Shown here: positions 1 to 8,109 of the stretch, in pieces | Layout of the letters: each line of letters begins with the position of its first letter | Numbering within the stretch: the stretch's first letter is position 1 | Source: an uncultured Candidatus Saccharibacteria bacterium | GTDB taxonomy: Bacteria > Patescibacteriota > Minisyncoccia > Phycocordibacterales > JACOZG01 | Assembly: GCA_964651115.1 (NCBI GenBank) | Contig: CAZYXJ010000001.1 | Coordinates: 213,077-277,076 of the forward strand | Reading direction: 5' to 3' | DNA length: 64,000 nt | Notes under the pieces: generated by a model | Database searches by the model: none | What the model saw: the letters and a program-made list of their open reading frames with translations, nothing else | What the model was told of the DNA's origin: nothing | Made by a program: the position numbers and the translations under genes

Positions 1-143
1 ACTCCATTACTGCCGCTATCAAACTTCAGCCAACCCATATTAGGTGTCCAAGCCCAACCCTTAACCTCTTGAGTGGTTTGCGCAAAACCAATTCCCCACC
101 AACCAAAAAACAAAAGCACGGCGATCAGCCAGAAAGTTTTCAT
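1..143 (-). CDS. Partial CDS (5' end only; continues off the window): secreted hypothetical protein with N-terminal signal peptide (MKTFWLIAVLLFFGWWGIGFAQT...)
   Basis: Reverse-complement ATG at 141-143 followed by a hydrophobic signal-like N-terminus; the ORF runs off the left edge. Confidence 0.4.
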   Translation of the reverse strand, partial: MKTFWLIAVLLFFGWWGIGFAQTTQEVKGWAWTPNMGWLKFDSGSNG

Positions 144-168
144 AGATGATTTAATTGTACACCCTTGC

Positions 169-1161
169 TTAGTCTTCTGCTTCGTCCTTATCCACAACCA
201 CCTGACGCGTACCCGCCGCGGTCTGCTTCAACGCTTCGATCAGTGGGTCTAACTCACCCGCTAAAACTTTTTCAATATTATGCCAAGACTCTTTTAAACG
301 ATGATCCGTAATCCGATCTTGAGCGAAATTATAGGTCCGGATCTTTTCGGAGCGATCGCCCGTACCAATCTGACTGCGACGCTCGCTCGAGAGCGCCGAG
401 GCGGCCGCTTCCGCCTCGGCGGCTTCGATCTTGCTTAACAAAATAGCCAAGGCCTTCTCTTTATTGCGCGCCTGACTCCGCTCACTTTGACAGCGCACCA
501 CTAAACCGGTGGGCTTATGCAAAATTCGAACCGCCGTTTCCACCTTGTTGACGTTTTGGCCGCCAGCGCCACCCGCTCGCGAAGTAATAATTTCCAACTG
601 GGATGGATCAATCGTCACCTTTTGCATCTCTCTAAAGGGCACGACGACCACCGACGCGGTGGAAGTGTGGATCCGACCCTGCTTTTCCGTCGCGGGTACG
701 CGCTGGACGCGATGGACGCCCGTCTCCCAACGCAATTCTTCATAGGCGCCTTCGCCAGAAATTTCGAACGAAGCTTCTTTGTAACCCCCGACTTCGTTTT
801 TCGATTCGTCAGACACGGTAAAGTCCCAGCCGCGACGCTCAGCGTAACGACGGTACATCTCGGCCAGTTCATAGGCAAACAAAGCCGACTCATCGCCACC
901 AGCACCGGCTCGCACCTCCAAAATTATTTTACGAGGTGAAGCCTGCTCGGCCGCGACCTCCTTGGTAACGATCTCCTCCATCTGTTGCCACAAGGTGGCG
1001 GCCAGGGCGTCGAGCGTCATTAACTCCTCGCGCGCCAAATCCGCCATCGAAGGATCGGCGGCGATTAAATTCTCGGTCTCCTGACGGCGAGCTAACACTC
1101 GATCATACTCGAGCGCCAAATACAGCGTCTTGGGATTAGTGCGAAATTGTTCGATAGACAT
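169..1161 (-). CDS. prfA: Peptide chain release factor 1
   Basis: 330 aa with GGQ motif (AGGQNVNK) and a PAT tripeptide (RF1-type rather than the SPF of RF2). Typical RF1 length. Confidence 0.9.
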   Translation of the reverse strand: MSIEQFRTNPKTLYLALEYDRVLARRQETENLIAADPSMADLAREELMTLDALAATLWQQMEEIVTKEVAAEQASPRKIILEVRAGAGGDESALFAYELAEMYRRYAERRGWDFTVSDESKNEVGGYKEASFEISGEGAYEELRWETGVHRVQRVPATEKQGRIHTSTASVVVVPFREMQKVTIDPSQLEIITSRAGGAGGQNVNKVETAVRILHKPTGLVVRCQSERSQARNKEKALAILLSKIEAAEAEAAASALSSERRSQIGTGDRSEKIRTYNFAQDRITDHRLKESWHNIEKVLAGELDPLIEALKQTAAGTRQVVVDKDEAED

Positions 1162-1401
1162 CTACTCCGCGCGCTTCGCGGTGGTAGTGGAAGGAGACTT
1201 GGCTCGCGCGCGGCGGGCCTTAAACTTCTCTACCCGACCAGCGGCGTCCAAAACCTTTTCCATGCCGGTATAAAAAGGATGGCAGGCACTGCAAATTTCC
1301 ACTTCCAGTTTTTCCCGGGTGGATCCAACGGTAAAGGTCGCGCCACAAGCGCAAGTCACCTTAGCCGCTGGGTAATATTGGGGGTGAATCTCTTTCTGCA
1401 T
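1162..1401 (-). CDS. rpmE: 50S ribosomal protein L31
   Basis: 79 aa, [10 protein letters not shown]... with CxxC...CxxCHPFYTG zinc-ribbon signature of bL31. Confidence 0.9.
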   Translation of the reverse strand: MQKEIHPQYYPAAKVTCACGATFTVGSTREKLEVEICSACHPFYTGMEKVLDAAGRVEKFKARRARAKSPSTTTAKRAE

Positions 1402-1424
1402 AGTGTCGGGATTATAGCAGTGAT

Positions 1425-2759
1425 TTATAAATTTTGCAAAGGATTAATCATATTCTCCTGAATATCGGCCGCCTTGGTCATTACCTGATTGCCATAGAAG
1501 GTGTTGGCTGGAGCCCGGTCATCGCAAGGCCGGCCAGAATAATAGCGACAAGCCGCGTTACGCTCGGCCGTAAAACCGCCCGCTCCAGCACCCAAATCCG
1601 CCAAGTACAAAGAGGAGGCCATAAAAGCGTCGGCTGGCTCCCAGGGGTCGGCCGTCTTTTTACCTAAAGCGCTGGCGATCCTCGTTTTAAACAATTCCCA
1701 GGTCGAAGGGATAAATTGCGCTGGCCCCATGGCGCCACCCCAACCGCCGCCCCACGGACACGAGAGGGGCAGACCCTCCGGGCTAATTCCTAACTCACCG
1801 ACGATCCGCAAGAACGGCGCGTGGTCGCGAGTCGGCTTCATGATGGCTTGCCACTGCTTTTCCGGTGGATCGCCAGGACGATTACAGGTCCCGACGTTCT
1901 GGCCCAGGTTGGACTCTTGAGTCAGAATGGCCAGAACTAAAGCGGCCCGGACCCCCGTCTTTTCGGCGGCGGCCGTGGCATATTCCAAAGCCTTACCAAA
2001 CGGGATCGCCGCCGAGTCTCGCAGGGCAAAGAGCGCGGCCCTAATCTGAGCGGCGCGCTTTTGGCGTTCGGCTAAAATCGTCTTGTACGCCGCCTCTTGA
2101 GTCTTGTTAACGCTGAGCAAAACTTGCTTGTCTTTCTCTTTGGCTTGGATAGTTCGCTGTTCGGCCTCAATTAACTTCTGCGCGTCGAGCTCCTTATTTT
2201 TGCGTTCTTCGAGGGCCGCCTTCTCGCGCCGAGCATCCTCTTGGGCTCCGCGCATCTCGGTAAAAGCATCGTGAATTGAACGTTGCACGAAAGCAAAATC
2301 ATCTACGTCAGTAAAAAAATCAGACAACTGACTGTTGTCGAGCAAAATTTCGACAAAAGAAGCGTTGTCAAAGTCGCGGGTCTTACGCAATAACTCGCCG
2401 AGCGAACCCTGCTCCCGTTTAATTTTTTGGGCCAAAGTTTCGATCTTACCTTCGCGCGCGACAATATCGTCCGCCAAACGCGAGACCTGAACTTGCTTGG
2501 CCTTGATACTAGTCTGCGCTCGCTGGATCTGCGACTTAAGCAAATCAATTTCGCCTTGGACGGTAGCAGTATCGCGCTGTTTGGCTTGGAGCAACTTGGT
2601 CTGTTCGGCAATCGCCCGCTCCTCGGCCTCCAGCTCGGCCTGCAACCGCGCGCGACGCGCCTCAATCTCCTCCACACTCTGCGCGCCAACTGGCCGACTA
2701 ATCGCCACCGCGCCAGTTAGCGCCAACACCAACCCAAAAAAAATAATCCCCCGTCTCAT
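1425..2759 (-). CDS. Secreted coiled-coil protein with C-terminal lytic-transglycosylase (SLT/lysozyme-like) domain
   Basis: Signal peptide [19 protein letters not shown] at the internal Met (cat at 2757-2759). The upstream ORF extension is Arg-rich and implausible. There is a long heptad/coiled-coil middle region. The C-terminus carries ESNLGQ and [10 protein letters not shown] motifs typical of the SLT family. Confidence 0.6.
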   Translation of the reverse strand: MRRGIIFFGLVLALTGAVAISRPVGAQSVEEIEARRARLQAELEAEERAIAEQTKLLQAKQRDTATVQGEIDLLKSQIQRAQTSIKAKQVQVSRLADDIVAREGKIETLAQKIKREQGSLGELLRKTRDFDNASFVEILLDNSQLSDFFTDVDDFAFVQRSIHDAFTEMRGAQEDARREKAALEERKNKELDAQKLIEAEQRTIQAKEKDKQVLLSVNKTQEAAYKTILAERQKRAAQIRAALFALRDSAAIPFGKALEYATAAAEKTGVRAALVLAILTQESNLGQNVGTCNRPGDPPEKQWQAIMKPTRDHAPFLRIVGELGISPEGLPLSCPWGGGWGGAMGPAQFIPSTWELFKTRIASALGKKTADPWEPADAFMASSLYLADLGAGAGGFTAERNAACRYYSGRPCDDRAPANTFYGNQVMTKAADIQENMINPLQNL

Positions 2760-2802
2760 GTGGGGATTATTATAACAAATTTCTCTCGGCTGGTAACGAG
2801 GA

Positions 2803-3438
2803 TTAGGCAGCCGTGGCGGCCTCCTCGCCCTCCTCCACCTTCTTACCCTTCTTCTCAACCTCGATGGCCGAGAGATCAACTGGCGCCGTCTCAATTGGCT
2901 CATCCTTCGCGACAGCAATCGAAGCCACCACCTCCTCCGGGGCACTGAGAACCGTCACATCTTTGGGTACGCTCAAGTCCGAAACCAAAATTTGGCTGTC
3001 CAAAGAAACTAATTTAGAAATATCAACCTCAATATCGTGAGGAATGTTCATTGGCAAAACTTCTACTTCCAATTCGTAAAGCACCTTAACCAAAGTACCA
3101 CCGAGATCCTTAACGGCGGAGGCCACGCCCTCGAAGCGGAGGGGCACATTAACCTTAACCGTCTTGGTCTTATCGACAGCGTAGAGATCGGCGTGCAGAG
3201 GCTCGCCGCTCACGGGATGAACCATCACGTCATGGATCAAAACGTCGGCCTTAACCTCGCCGGCATCAATCGTTACCATACTCGACTCACCAGCCGTGGC
3301 GAGCAATTTTTTGAACTCCTTAGTATTAAGAAGAAGAGAGGTGGTCTCCTGCTTAGGACCATACAAAACCGCAGGCATTTGACCAGCTAATCGGACACTC
3401 TTGAGCTTTTTGCCGAAGACAGAACGCTTTTCGGCCAT
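2803..3438 (-). CDS. rplY: 50S ribosomal protein L25 / general stress protein Ctc form
   Basis: MAEKRSVFGKKLKSVRLAGQMPAVLYG... matches the bL25 N-domain plus the Ctc C-terminal extension. Start taken at the internal Met 3436-3438. Confidence 0.8.
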   Translation of the reverse strand: MAEKRSVFGKKLKSVRLAGQMPAVLYGPKQETTSLLLNTKEFKKLLATAGESSMVTIDAGEVKADVLIHDVMVHPVSGEPLHADLYAVDKTKTVKVNVPLRFEGVASAVKDLGGTLVKVLYELEVEVLPMNIPHDIEVDISKLVSLDSQILVSDLSVPKDVTVLSAPEEVVASIAVAKDEPIETAPVDLSAIEVEKKGKKVEEGEEAATAA

Positions 3439-3497
3439 AATTTTTTGCATGACAGATAGTATAGCGAAAAGCGGCCAGATGTCAAAATCAGTGGACC

Positions 3498-4475
3498 TTA
3501 AGCGGCCGTCACCAAATTGGGCGGCGTCTGGCCCGCCAGCGCCGCCAAAATATTGTCGGCCGCCAAACGAGCCATGTCGTCTCGGGTCTCAAAAGTAGCG
3601 GAGGCAATGTGTGGCGTTAAAACGACGTTAGGTAAATCCTTCAACCCCGCCGCCAGAGTGGGCTCATTTTCATAAACATCCAAGCCCGCACCGGCGATCT
3701 GGCCAGAACGCAAGGCCTCCACCAGCGCGGCCTCGTCAATCACCGGACCACGAGCCGTATTTACGATTACCGCACTCGGCTTCATTAACGCCAGCCGCTC
3801 GCGATTAATCAAATGGCGCGTCTCGGGCGTCAGATTAACGTGGAGCGAAACGTAATCCGCCACCGTCAACACCTCCTCCACCGTAGACTTAAACTCAGCG
3901 CCAAATTCTTTCTCAAATTCTTCGTTCCGCTTAACGTCAAAGTAGACCACCTTCATGCCAAAACCGCGGGACGCAAAGTGAGCCAACTTAGAACCAATCC
4001 GACCGGCGCCGACAATGCCAAGCGTCCGGCCATAAAGATCTGGGGTCAAAAAAATCATTGGCGCCCAGCCGACATACTTGCCGTCGCGGACAAATTGATC
4101 CGCCTCGACGATCCGCCGCCCCACCGCCACCAGAAGAGCCAAGGCATGCTCAGCGACGCTCTGACTGGTCGAGGGCGCGGGCGTGTTGGTGATCATCACG
4201 CCACGCTTTTTGGCCTCAACCAGATCAACGTTATCAAAACCCACCGCGTAGTTAGCAAAAATCTTCGCTGTCGGGACGGCCTCAAAAACTTCGGCATCAA
4301 TCTTGTCGGTCAAGAGCGGTAAAACGGCGTCATACGGCTTAGCCCGAAGCGCGGTTAATAACTCCTCGCGCGAGAGAAGGCCATCCTTAGGGCTCACGTC
4401 CACCTCGTGCCCCTTCTCGCGCAACATCTGTTCTGCCAAATCCGGAATTTTCCGGGTAATGTAAATTTTTCCCAT
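3498..4475 (-). CDS. D-isomer-specific 2-hydroxyacid dehydrogenase (glyoxylate/hydroxypyruvate reductase or D-glycerate dehydrogenase-like)
   Basis: 325 aa with NAD-binding GxGxIG (GIVGAGRIGSKLA) and a catalytic R...E...H arrangement (TPHIASAT). Confidence 0.8.
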   Translation of the reverse strand: MGKIYITRKIPDLAEQMLREKGHEVDVSPKDGLLSREELLTALRAKPYDAVLPLLTDKIDAEVFEAVPTAKIFANYAVGFDNVDLVEAKKRGVMITNTPAPSTSQSVAEHALALLVAVGRRIVEADQFVRDGKYVGWAPMIFLTPDLYGRTLGIVGAGRIGSKLAHFASRGFGMKVVYFDVKRNEEFEKEFGAEFKSTVEEVLTVADYVSLHVNLTPETRHLINRERLALMKPSAVIVNTARGPVIDEAALVEALRSGQIAGAGLDVYENEPTLAAGLKDLPNVVLTPHIASATFETRDDMARLAADNILAALAGQTPPNLVTAA

Positions 4476-4487
4476 TTATTAATTGTA

Positions 4488-5504
4488 TCATAAGGATTCA
4501 ATTTTTCTTCTAAGTTTCCAACCATTGCCGTGATCCAATAAACCCAAATATGATTGAACTGTCTCCGACTTAACTCCTGCTTTATTTATCCGTTTAAACA
4601 TTCGTCGTCTTGTCATAGTCCGCAGAACACGATGTTTTGAAAATTGGACCCACCCTAGAAAATCAACACCAGAGGAAACTCGCTCGAGAAGAATTTTGTT
4701 GGGATGAAACTCTAACTTCAGTTTCTCTTTTAAGAATTCGGCAATTTCGGGTGCGAGCTTGACTAGACGATCTTTATCGCGACCAACAATGACAAAATCG
4801 TCCGCGTAGCGAAGATAATGCCTCGCTTTCAAGCTATGCTTCATAAACTGATCGAGCTCGTTTAGATAAACATTGGCAAAAAGTTGGGAAGTAAGATTAC
4901 CGAGAGGCAGGCCCTGGCCGGGTACGCCCGAATTAAAACTGTAAATTATTTTCTCGATCAGCCAGATAATACCCTGGTCAGGAATCTTTTTCCTCAATAA
5001 ATCGATCAGTATTGCTCGATCGATGCTAGCAAAAAATTTGCGAATGTCACACTTCAAAACCCAAACCATTTTGGTGTTGTTTCGAGAAAGCTTGGCCGTA
5101 ATTAGGGCAAATTTTTTAATTGCTTTGTGAGTACCTTTTCCGTTGCGACAAGAATAGGAGTCAGAAATAAATCTTGGATGGAAAAACCAGTAAAGCCGGC
5201 GATAAACGGCTCGATGTAAAACCCGATCACGCACGGATGCCTTATGGATCACTCGCCGCTTGGGGTCGTTAATGATGAAAACTTTGTAAGCCGAATGATG
5301 GTATGTCTTAGCCACTAAATCCTCGTGAAGTGAAATAATGTTGGCCATCAGGTTTCGTTCAAATTCCTGCACGTCTTTTCGATTCCGTTTCCCTCTCACG
5401 AATTCCTGCCAGGCCGCGAGCAGATTAGCGAGCGAGACGATATTGTCATATTTTATGGTAGGTGCTATCTTGGCCGAAAATGCTACCGGTAAGCCCCCCC
5501 CCAA
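4488..5504 (-). CDS. Diversity-generating retroelement reverse transcriptase
   Basis: 338 aa RT with catalytic YADD (RYADDFVIVG). The N-terminal YDNIVSLANLLAAWQEF...RGKRNRKDV region is typical of DGR RTs. Motif 4 reads LPLGNLTSQ, the [I/L]GxxxSQ variant that distinguishes DGR RTs from group II intron RTs (QGxxxSP). It lies next to a TR/VR pair. The only in-frame start before the conserved region is TTG at 5502-5504, inside a 9-nt G homopolymer. Confidence 0.85.
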   Translation of the reverse strand: MGGGLPVAFSAKIAPTIKYDNIVSLANLLAAWQEFVRGKRNRKDVQEFERNLMANIISLHEDLVAKTYHHSAYKVFIINDPKRRVIHKASVRDRVLHRAVYRRLYWFFHPRFISDSYSCRNGKGTHKAIKKFALITAKLSRNNTKMVWVLKCDIRKFFASIDRAILIDLLRKKIPDQGIIWLIEKIIYSFNSGVPGQGLPLGNLTSQLFANVYLNELDQFMKHSLKARHYLRYADDFVIVGRDKDRLVKLAPEIAEFLKEKLKLEFHPNKILLERVSSGVDFLGWVQFSKHRVLRTMTRRRMFKRINKAGVKSETVQSYLGLLDHGNGWKLRRKIESL

Positions 5505-5513
5505 CCGAAGTTA

Positions 5514-5906
5514 TTGCCTCTTTTGCAAAAGGTGAAGATTGCATACTTATTGTGGTATGAATATTACCAAATTTTGCCAAAAACACATCGACACTCACTC
5601 GGTAAGAAAATTGATACGTTGTGGATCGAGATTATCGAAGCCATTGCGATTGCAAGCTATTTAGGCAAAGGAGAGAAACAACCCTGGGTGAGATTGGCAA
5701 TAAGGAAAACTGATACACTCAAGATATTGCTCTTGGTACTTTGGGAAACTAAATCACTGGATAATAAAAAATATATCGCCCTGTCTTTACCCCTGGAGGA
5801 AATTGGCAAAATGCTTGGCGGTTGGAATGGGCAAATTTTGAGACAATTACAACAAGAACAATTAAAGAAAAACTCTCCCACCAAAGCAGGAGAGAAAATG
5901 AAGTGA
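5514..5906 (+). CDS. Candidate DGR accessory variability determinant (Avd-like four-helix-bundle protein, '23S rRNA intervening sequence protein' family), atypically on the opposite strand
   Basis: 130 aa, basic and helix-rich. The pattern ...LPKTHRHSLGKKIDTLWIEIIEAIAIASYL...LAIRKTDTLKILLLVLWETKSL...LEEIGKMLGGW resembles the fPK-e-yGL--Qi-RAavSIpsNIAEG ... iA-gS--El-tql-la--l-yi ... eigKML-gL pattern of Avd/four-helix-bundle proteins. It ends 2 nt before the TR. Caveats: TTG start, no clear RBS, and opposite orientation to the RT and target. Confidence 0.4.
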   Translation: MPLLQKVKIAYLLWYEYYQILPKTHRHSLGKKIDTLWIEIIEAIAIASYLGKGEKQPWVRLAIRKTDTLKILLLVLWETKSLDNKKYIALSLPLEEIGKMLGGWNGQILRQLQQEQLKKNSPTKAGEKMK

Positions 5907-5907
5907 G

Positions 5908-6029
5908 TTGCGACGAAACGCAAACCAGTCATTGGAGTTACCGTAGTTCTCGAGCCAGTTGAGGTTCGCCTTGCGCCTCGAGTCGTTCCACCAAACGTTG
6001 CACGCCTGGCGATCGCCATCGAAGAAATA
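5908..6029 (-). repeat. DGR template repeat (TR), coding strand = minus
   Basis: The 122-bp stretch at 5908-6029 aligns with 6408-6529 at an offset of exactly 500 bp. All 22 mismatches fall on plus-strand T in this copy (minus-strand A). The first 24 bp are identical (IMH-like invariant 3' end). Translated in the VR frame, the TR reads Asn (AAY) codons where the VR varies. Confidence 0.85.
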
Positions 6030-6388
6030 GTGTAAGGTGTCATCCGAGTCACCATCTCTTGTCGCCAACACAGGACGATTCGAGATCGAATATTATTCGG
6101 CATCTATAATGCCCTAGCACTCTACACCAAGTAGCTTCATTTTTTATTGAAGGATCTGCGTAAATCCTCCGTCGGAAATCGTAATCGCCGACGCTCTCAA
6201 TTTACAGACACTGGTTTCAGTAGCGAGCAACCCTGATCGCCCACATATTCACCTACTCCCGTCTTTAATTTTAGCAAAGAAAAATCCCACACGCGAAGTG
6301 TAGGATTCCATTGTTTACGTTTTGGATTACGTTTGGCAAAAATTGCCGAAGAGCAAAATCCAAAGGATCTGAAAAATCTCCAAGGACC

Positions 6389-7048
6389 TTAGGCCTGAGG
6401 ACGAAGCTTGCGACGAAACGCAAACCAGTCACCGGAGCGACCGCAGACCTCGAGCCAGCAGAGGCGCGCCCCGCGCCCCGAGTCGCCCCACCAAACGCGG
6501 CACGCCAGGCGAACGCCAACGAAGAAACACTCCTTGGTGGCCACCACATACATCGGGTCTAATCCCAGTTCCCGATGAAGAGTGGGATAATGTTCGCCAA
6601 TAGCGAACACTTCTCGTGGGTCAGTGCGCTCGAGTCCGAACTGCTCCGCCCAAGCGATAGCCTTGCTCCAGTTGCCACCCCGTGGGAAGTTGAGAAGGAT
6701 GATTTCCTCCTCTTCTTCCACACCTTCTCCCGGCGGATACTGGTCGCCCACCTTCCGGACGTTGTAGTCCAAAGGAGTGTTGGGACCGGCGGCATTCAGC
6801 GCTTCCGACCACTTGCGTCCTTTGTTGAAGCGAACGCGGATCGTGTGGATGCGAGCGCCCGGTGGCGGGATAAGCGGTAAGCCAATGGTGATCGGTAGCC
6901 CAGCCTCGATTCCATCGAGAACACGACCCAGAGTTCCATCGTCAAGTGCCGTTTGCAGGCGGGCTCGACTCATCTTTTTGTCCCGTACCATTTGAACAAA
7001 CTGTCTTCCCTGACCATCGGTCGCGGTTACAACCTTTTCAGTGGTCAT
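6389..7048 (-). CDS. DGR variable (target) protein, C-type-lectin/FGE-like fold with C-terminal VR; no signal peptide
   Basis: 219 aa. Reverse-complement ATG at 7046-7048 with an AAAGG RBS 7 nt upstream. The C-terminus ...CFFVGVRLACRVWWGDSGRGARLCWLEVCGRSGDWFAFRRKLRPQA contains the VR and ends 17 nt after it. The corresponding TR translation is ...ACNVWWNDSRRKANLNWLENYGNSNDWFAFRRN. Confidence 0.8.
   Translation of the reverse strand: MTTEKVVTATDGQGRQFVQMVRDKKMSRARLQTALDDGTLGRVLDGIEAGLPITIGLPLIPPPGARIHTIRVRFNKGRKWSEALNAAGPNTPLDYNVRKVGDQYPPGEGVEEEEEIILLNFPRGGNWSKAIAWAEQFGLERTDPREVFAIGEHYPTLHRELGLDPMYVVATKECFFVGVRLACRVWWGDSGRGARLCWLEVCGRSGDWFAFRRKLRPQA
6408..6529 (-). repeat. DGR variable repeat (VR) inside the 3' end of the target gene
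   Basis: Partner of the TR. 100/122 identities, with 22/22 differences at TR adenines (A->G, C or T on the coding strand). Confidence 0.85.
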
Positions 7049-7203
7049 AACTATACCTTTCTTAACATGCCCCCTTTAAGCCCCAGCCACAAGCTGAGAC
7101 CAGAAGCGGGCAAAATGCGTGTTTTACATCAAAGAACTACATTTATAATATACACTCATTTATGCCGAGTTGTCAAGCCGGCTGAATCTGCTAGAATATG
7201 GCT

Positions 7204-8067
7204 CTAAATGTGGCTAAAAAGTTTTAATTTTTGCTCAACGAGCTTGGTCATTGCCGCCAGGGCTGGCTTTAAGAATTTGCAAGGCGCAACCTCATCAGGA
7301 TTTTCTTGCAACGATAGTTTAAGGCCGTCGCGGTAAGCCACGCGCAGCTCGGTATTGATGTGGACAACGGCAACACCACCCTCGATCGCGCCACGAAAAT
7401 CGCTCTCGCTATTACCCGAGCCGCCATGCAGAACCAGAGGCACACCCGCCGCCGCCCGGATGGCGGCAATACGCGCCAGATCGAGCTTGGGATCAGGTCG
7501 GCCGCGCAACATCCCGTGGATGTTGCCGACGGCTGGCGCCAAAAGGTCAACGCCCGTGGCCACCACAAACTCGGCGGCCTGCTCGGGCTTAGTCAGATCG
7601 TCACCGAGCGCGGCGCCAGCCGGCACCTCGTCGAGCACCTTCGACGAGGTGCCAATATAACCCAGCTCGCCCTCCACCAGCACGTCCCGACCACTAGAAT
7701 GCGCGTACTCCACCACCTTACGAGCGGTCGCCACATTCTCCTCAAACGGTAATTGCGCGCCGTCAAAAATAACCGCGTCAAAACCAGCGTCAATGGCCTC
7801 GACTGCTCGCTCGTAAGAATAAGTATGGTCGGCATTAAGAAAAATCGGGTAGGCAAATTGTTCGCGCAGACTCTTAACCAACGTCGCGATCTGCCGAACG
7901 CCAATAAAGTCTCGCTCGCCCTCCGAAACGCCGATGATCACCGGCAGAGAGAGAGCGCGCGCGGCATTAAATACTGCCCAGACCGCATTAGAATCCGAAA
8001 TATTAAAATGCCCCACCGCCACCCGACGCTCCGCCGCCTCTAGAATGTATTCTCGTAACGTTTTCAT
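7204..8067 (-). CDS. fba: Fructose-bisphosphate aldolase, class II (FbaA / tagatose-bisphosphate aldolase family)
   Basis: MKTLREYILEAAERRVAVGHFN... with the VLHGGSG motif and class II metal-binding His positions. Internal Met start (cat 8065-8067) gives 288 aa; the upstream 43-aa extension is unlikely. Confidence 0.85.
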   Translation of the reverse strand: MKTLREYILEAAERRVAVGHFNISDSNAVWAVFNAARALSLPVIIGVSEGERDFIGVRQIATLVKSLREQFAYPIFLNADHTYSYERAVEAIDAGFDAVIFDGAQLPFEENVATARKVVEYAHSSGRDVLVEGELGYIGTSSKVLDEVPAGAALGDDLTKPEQAAEFVVATGVDLLAPAVGNIHGMLRGRPDPKLDLARIAAIRAAAGVPLVLHGGSGNSESDFRGAIEGGVAVVHINTELRVAYRDGLKLSLQENPDEVAPCKFLKPALAAMTKLVEQKLKLFSHI

Positions 8068-8109
8068 GCCAAAAGTATACCACAGCCACTGCATGATATA
8101 CTGGAGGAC

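Noticed and set aside
5657-6103. 148-aa minus-strand ORF and nested 69-aa ORF (5862-6071) overlapping the template repeat
   Set aside because: These are read-through translations of the TR itself. The 69-aa ORF simply mirrors the VR reading frame (WWNDS...NDWFAFRR). There is no RBS or independent start context and the composition is low-complexity. Non-coding TR is the better explanation.
6271-6880. Several ORFs (6271-6549 -, 6311-6562 +, 6559-6795 -, 6575-6880 +, 6621-6812 -) overlapping the DGR target gene
   Set aside because: All lie in alternative frames of the well-supported target CDS (6389-7048) and are Arg/Ala/Gly-rich, as expected for out-of-frame GC-rich DNA.
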